A stretch of DNA of 64,000 nt. Origin: Thermoplasmata archaeon. Lineage in GTDB: Archaea > Thermoplasmatota > Thermoplasmata > Lutacidiplasmatales > UBA184. Positions 61,310 to 64,000 of this stretch are shown here, piece after piece. The notes beneath the pieces were generated by a model. It did no database searches. It had not been told where the DNA came from and saw nothing but the letters and a program-made list of their open reading frames with translations. The translations under genes and the position numbers were made by a program. The stretch lies in NCBI GenBank assembly GCA_035502035.1, contig DATJUZ010000028.1:1639-65638 (forward strand), read 5' to 3'. Position 1 is the first letter of the stretch. Each line of letters starts with the position of its first letter.

Positions 61310-61894
61310 CTATCGCGAGCGGGACGGGCGCCCCGCCCGACGACGCAGGAACTCCCCGACCTGGGTCGCCGCCCGAGCCCGATGCGAGATCGCGTTCTTT
61401 TCCGCGGCCGGCGCCTGGGCGAACGTCCGGTCCCACCCGTCGGGGACGAAGATCGGATCGTAGCCGAACCCCCCGGAGCCCGCGGCCTTTCGTGCGATGC
61501 GTCCGTGCACCTCGCCCGAGAACGTCCAGGTCGACCGGCCGCGCCGGAGCCCGGCGACCGTCTGGAAGTACGCCGTCCGGTTCCGCCGCCGGAGCAGCTC
61601 GAGCATCGGCCCGAACCCCCAGAGCTCGAGGAAGTGGGCGGAGTAGACGCCCGGGAATCCGGCGAGCGAAGGGATGAACAGCCCCGAGTCCTCGACGAGC
61701 ACGTAGCCGTCCAGGTCCGCTACGGCGTCCAGCTTCGCCTTCACGACCTCGGCGAGGGTCGGCGCCTGCGGCTCGGGCAGGACGCGCCGCTTCCAGCGCG
61801 TGCTCACCCCGTACGGGGCGAGGACGGCCCGGATCTCCCGGAACTTCCCGGGGTTGGTACTGACGAAGGTGACGTCGGCCACCGCCGCGGTCAC
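61310..61894 (-). CDS. rdgB: Non-canonical purine NTP pyrophosphatase (RdgB/HAM1 family)
   Basis: Motifs are FVSTNPGKFRE, VEDSGLFI, GFGYDPIF and ISHRARA. GTG 61894 overlaps the upstream stop (GTGA). Confidence 0.85.
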   Translation of the reverse strand: MTAAVADVTFVSTNPGKFREIRAVLAPYGVSTRWKRRVLPEPQAPTLAEVVKAKLDAVADLDGYVLVEDSGLFIPSLAGFPGVYSAHFLELWGFGPMLELLRRRNRTAYFQTVAGLRRGRSTWTFSGEVHGRIARKAAGSGGFGYDPIFVPDGWDRTFAQAPAAEKNAISHRARAATQVGEFLRRRAGRPSRSR

Positions 61895-62430
61895 CAGGGG
61901 TAGGCGTCGTAGGCGATGATCTCGTCGGGGCTTTTCCGCCCGTCCTCGGCGGCCGCCTTCGCGGAGCCGTTCCCTTCGGCCGGGAACCCGATCGGGATGA
62001 TCGCGATCGGATGGATCCCTTCCGGCACCCGGAGGACCGACCGGACCTTCTCCTCGTTGAACTCGATCAGCCAGTTCGTCCCGAGGCCGGAAGCGGTCGC
62101 CGCCAGCTGGAGGTGGTCGACCGCCACGGCGACGTCCAGCGGGTAGGCGGAGATGTAGCCGCCGATCGTGATCGGGATGTCCTCCTCGACGGCGAAGGCG
62201 ACGATCGCCGCGGGGGCTTCCGCGATCAGCTTCCCCCGGGGCGACGCCTGGGCGAGGAGGCGCTTCCGCTCGTCGTCCTGGACGACCACGAACCGCCACG
62301 GCTGCAGGTTCCGATGGCTGTGCGCGAGCCGGGCAGCGGAGAGGACCGTCTTGAGCGTCTCGGGCGAGAGCGGCCGCGACTGGAAGGCGACGCAGGGGCG
62401 GTAGCCGCGAATGGCTTCGAGAACGTCCAT
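61891..62430 (-). CDS. Nitroreductase family protein
   Basis: ATG 62430 (MDVLEAIRGYRP...). Supporting sequences are RLAHSHRNLQPWRFVVV and IIPIGFPA. Confidence 0.8.
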   Translation of the reverse strand: MDVLEAIRGYRPCVAFQSRPLSPETLKTVLSAARLAHSHRNLQPWRFVVVQDDERKRLLAQASPRGKLIAEAPAAIVAFAVEEDIPITIGGYISAYPLDVAVAVDHLQLAATASGLGTNWLIEFNEEKVRSVLRVPEGIHPIAIIPIGFPAEGNGSAKAAAEDGRKSPDEIIAYDAYPW

Positions 62431-62610
62431 CCAGCCGACCCGGAAGCAAGCGCGCGGAGGGGGCCCGAACGGGCCTATCCCTCGACCCCGAAGAGAGTCA
62501 TCTGGGGGTACGACGCACCTCCCCACCTAAAAGCGTTTGTGCGCGGCCGACCGATGCGCTCGAGCGTTCCCCGCCGGGAGGCCGGGGCGGGGTCCGGGAC
62601 GGTGCCCGGC

Positions 62611-64000
62611 TCACGCCGCCGGCGGGCCGCCGCTCTCGACCCAGTCGCGGATCTGTCGCTCGAGGATCTCGAGGGGGAGCGCGCCCGAGCCGAGCGCCCG
62701 GTCGTGGAACGCGCGCACGTCGAACCGGTCCCCGAGGGACCGCTCGGCGCCCGTCCGCAACTCCCGGAACCTAAGCTGGCCGAGCTTGTAGGCGAGCGCC
62801 TGGCCCGGCCAGACGATGTACCGGTCGACCTCGACCGCGATGTCGAGGTCGCTCTTCCCCGTGTTCTCGCGGAAGAAGTCGATCGCCCGCTCCCGCGACC
62901 AGCCGAGCGCGTGCATCCCGGTATCGACGACGAGCCGGATCGATCGCCACATGTCGAACGTCAGCTGTCCGAACTTGGAGTACGGGTCGGCCAACAGGCC
63001 GAGCTCCTCTCCGAGGCTCTCCGCGTACAGTCCCCAGCCCTCGACGAACGCGCTGTAGCCCGCGAACCTCCGGAACTGCGCGTCGGTCGCGGCCTCCTGC
63101 GCGAGGCTGAGCTGCAGGTGGTGACCGGGCACCGCCTCGTGGAGCGCGAGGGCCTCCATCTCCCACCGGGGGCGCTTGCCGATGTCGTAGGTGTTGGCGT
63201 AGAAGTATCCCGGTCGTCCGACCGCCGGCGACCCCGGATTGTAGTAGGCCGACGGTGACGACTTCGCGCGGAACTCCGGGACGGGGAGCACGCCGTAGGG
63301 AAGGCGCGGAAGGCGGCCGAACAGTCGAGCGAGCGCCGGGTCGATCCGCTTGCAGACGGCCCGGTAGCCGTCGATCAGCTCCTCGGGCCGGTCGAAGTAG
63401 AACCGTCGCTCCGTCCGGAGCATCTCGTTGAACTCGCGCAGCGAGCCGGCGAATCCCGTCGACCGGGCGATCGCCTCCATCTGGCGGCGGATGCGTTCGA
63501 CCTCGGCGAGCCCCACCGCATGGATCTGCTCCGGCGTCAGCGTCGTCGTCGTCTGCCACCGGACGTGGTGGGCGTACGCGGCGGGCCCGTCCGGGAGGGC
63601 GGAGGCCGCGACCGTCTCCCGGCACGCGGGCAGATACTCCCGCTCCACGAACTCGCGGAGCCGCTCGAACGCCGGGGCGACCGCGGCCGTGTACAGATCG
63701 CGGCCGCGGGCGATCGACTCCTCGCGGGAGCGGGCGTCGATCCGGTCCGATACCTCGAGGAGCGGGCGGAGGAGCGGGCTCTCGGCCGGGTCGGCCGGCT
63801 TGAGACCGCGAAGCTGGTCGGCGAGCCCGCGCATCGCGATGCGCGGGGGCGTGAACCCTCGCGCGGCCCCCGCGCGCAGGAGCGCGATCTGCTGGTCGAC
63901 CGCGCGCGGCAGCGACGCCAGTCGGGCGAGCAGGTCTGTGACGTCCCCGGGCCGTTCCTTCGGCTGGAGGTCGAGGGTCTCGGTGGCCGAGATGTGGACC
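62611..64000 (-). CDS. DUF885 family protein (putative metallopeptidase), 5'-truncated by the right window edge
   Basis: Contains the HEAVPGHHLQ motif. The frame stays open upstream of the track start (63834) to position 64000 (...LRAGAARGFTPPRIAMRGLADQL). Confidence 0.8.
   Translation of the reverse strand, partial: VHISATETLDLQPKERPGDVTDLLARLASLPRAVDQQIALLRAGAARGFTPPRIAMRGLADQLRGLKPADPAESPLLRPLLEVSDRIDARSREESIARGRDLYTAAVAPAFERLREFVEREYLPACRETVAASALPDGPAAYAHHVRWQTTTTLTPEQIHAVGLAEVERIRRQMEAIARSTGFAGSLREFNEMLRTERRFYFDRPEELIDGYRAVCKRIDPALARLFGRLPRLPYGVLPVPEFRAKSSPSAYYNPGSPAVGRPGYFYANTYDIGKRPRWEMEALALHEAVPGHHLQLSLAQEAATDAQFRRFAGYSAFVEGWGLYAESLGEELGLLADPYSKFGQLTFDMWRSIRLVVDTGMHALGWSRERAIDFFRENTGKSDLDIAVEVDRYIVWPGQALAYKLGQLRFRELRTGAERSLGDRFDVRAFHDRALGSGALPLEILERQIRDWVESGGPPAA

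Noticed and set aside
1-64000. CRISPR arrays, rRNA genes, IS elements.
   Set aside because: Reading through the window I saw no regularly spaced direct repeats, no rRNA-like conserved blocks, and no terminal inverted repeats flanking a transposase. This was not an exhaustive computational search.

Overview
This is a 64-kb, roughly 70% GC archaeal chromosomal segment. The archaeal call rests on TFB, aIF5B, a thermosome, a NOG1-type GTPase, a beta-CASP RNase, a Dpo4-type Y-family polymerase and an intron-containing tRNA-Asp; the lineage cannot be fixed from sequence alone. I support about 60 protein genes, 1 tRNA and several promoter/terminator-like sites. Most of the very long ORFs in the supplied track are GC-driven shadow frames (R/P/G/A-rich) lying opposite or out of frame to real genes. 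I rejected them and re-derived many starts (GTG/TTG, ATGA/GTGA overlaps, SD-like GGAGG, leaderless TATA spacing).

Core content:
- Two surface proteins sharing FxExGLPxGxxW modules, one of them with YVTN beta-propeller repeats.
- A MarR-MFS pair and an HDAC-CBS-MFS operon.
- TFB and aIF5B.
- A truD / KaiC-like pair / dpo4 / AP-superfamily string.
- A B12-type radical SAM gene.
- A JAMM / NAD kinase / IMPase string.
- A gcvPA-gcvPB-pepQ-PPi-PFK-mtnA operon.
- uppS, an LldD-like dehydrogenase, the thermosome, rdgB, a nitroreductase and a DUF885 protein.

The most interesting items:
1. A ~5.9-kb low-GC island (53.6-59.5 kb) bracketed by an 11-bp direct repeat. It carries an orphan AAA+ ATPase-wHTH with an overlapping small partner, a disrupted ORF, a tailspike-like beta-helix protein, a methyltransferase and a GNAT.
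2. A six-gene complex-I / group-4-hydrogenase-like operon whose large subunit lacks all NiFe cysteine ligands (Ehr-type).
3. An active plus Walker-A-dead KaiC-like pair upstream of dpo4.
4. A tRNA-Asp with a T-loop intron.
5. A perfect palindrome overlapping the thermosome SD.

All calls are by-eye motif recognition. No database search, HMM or folding computation was run.
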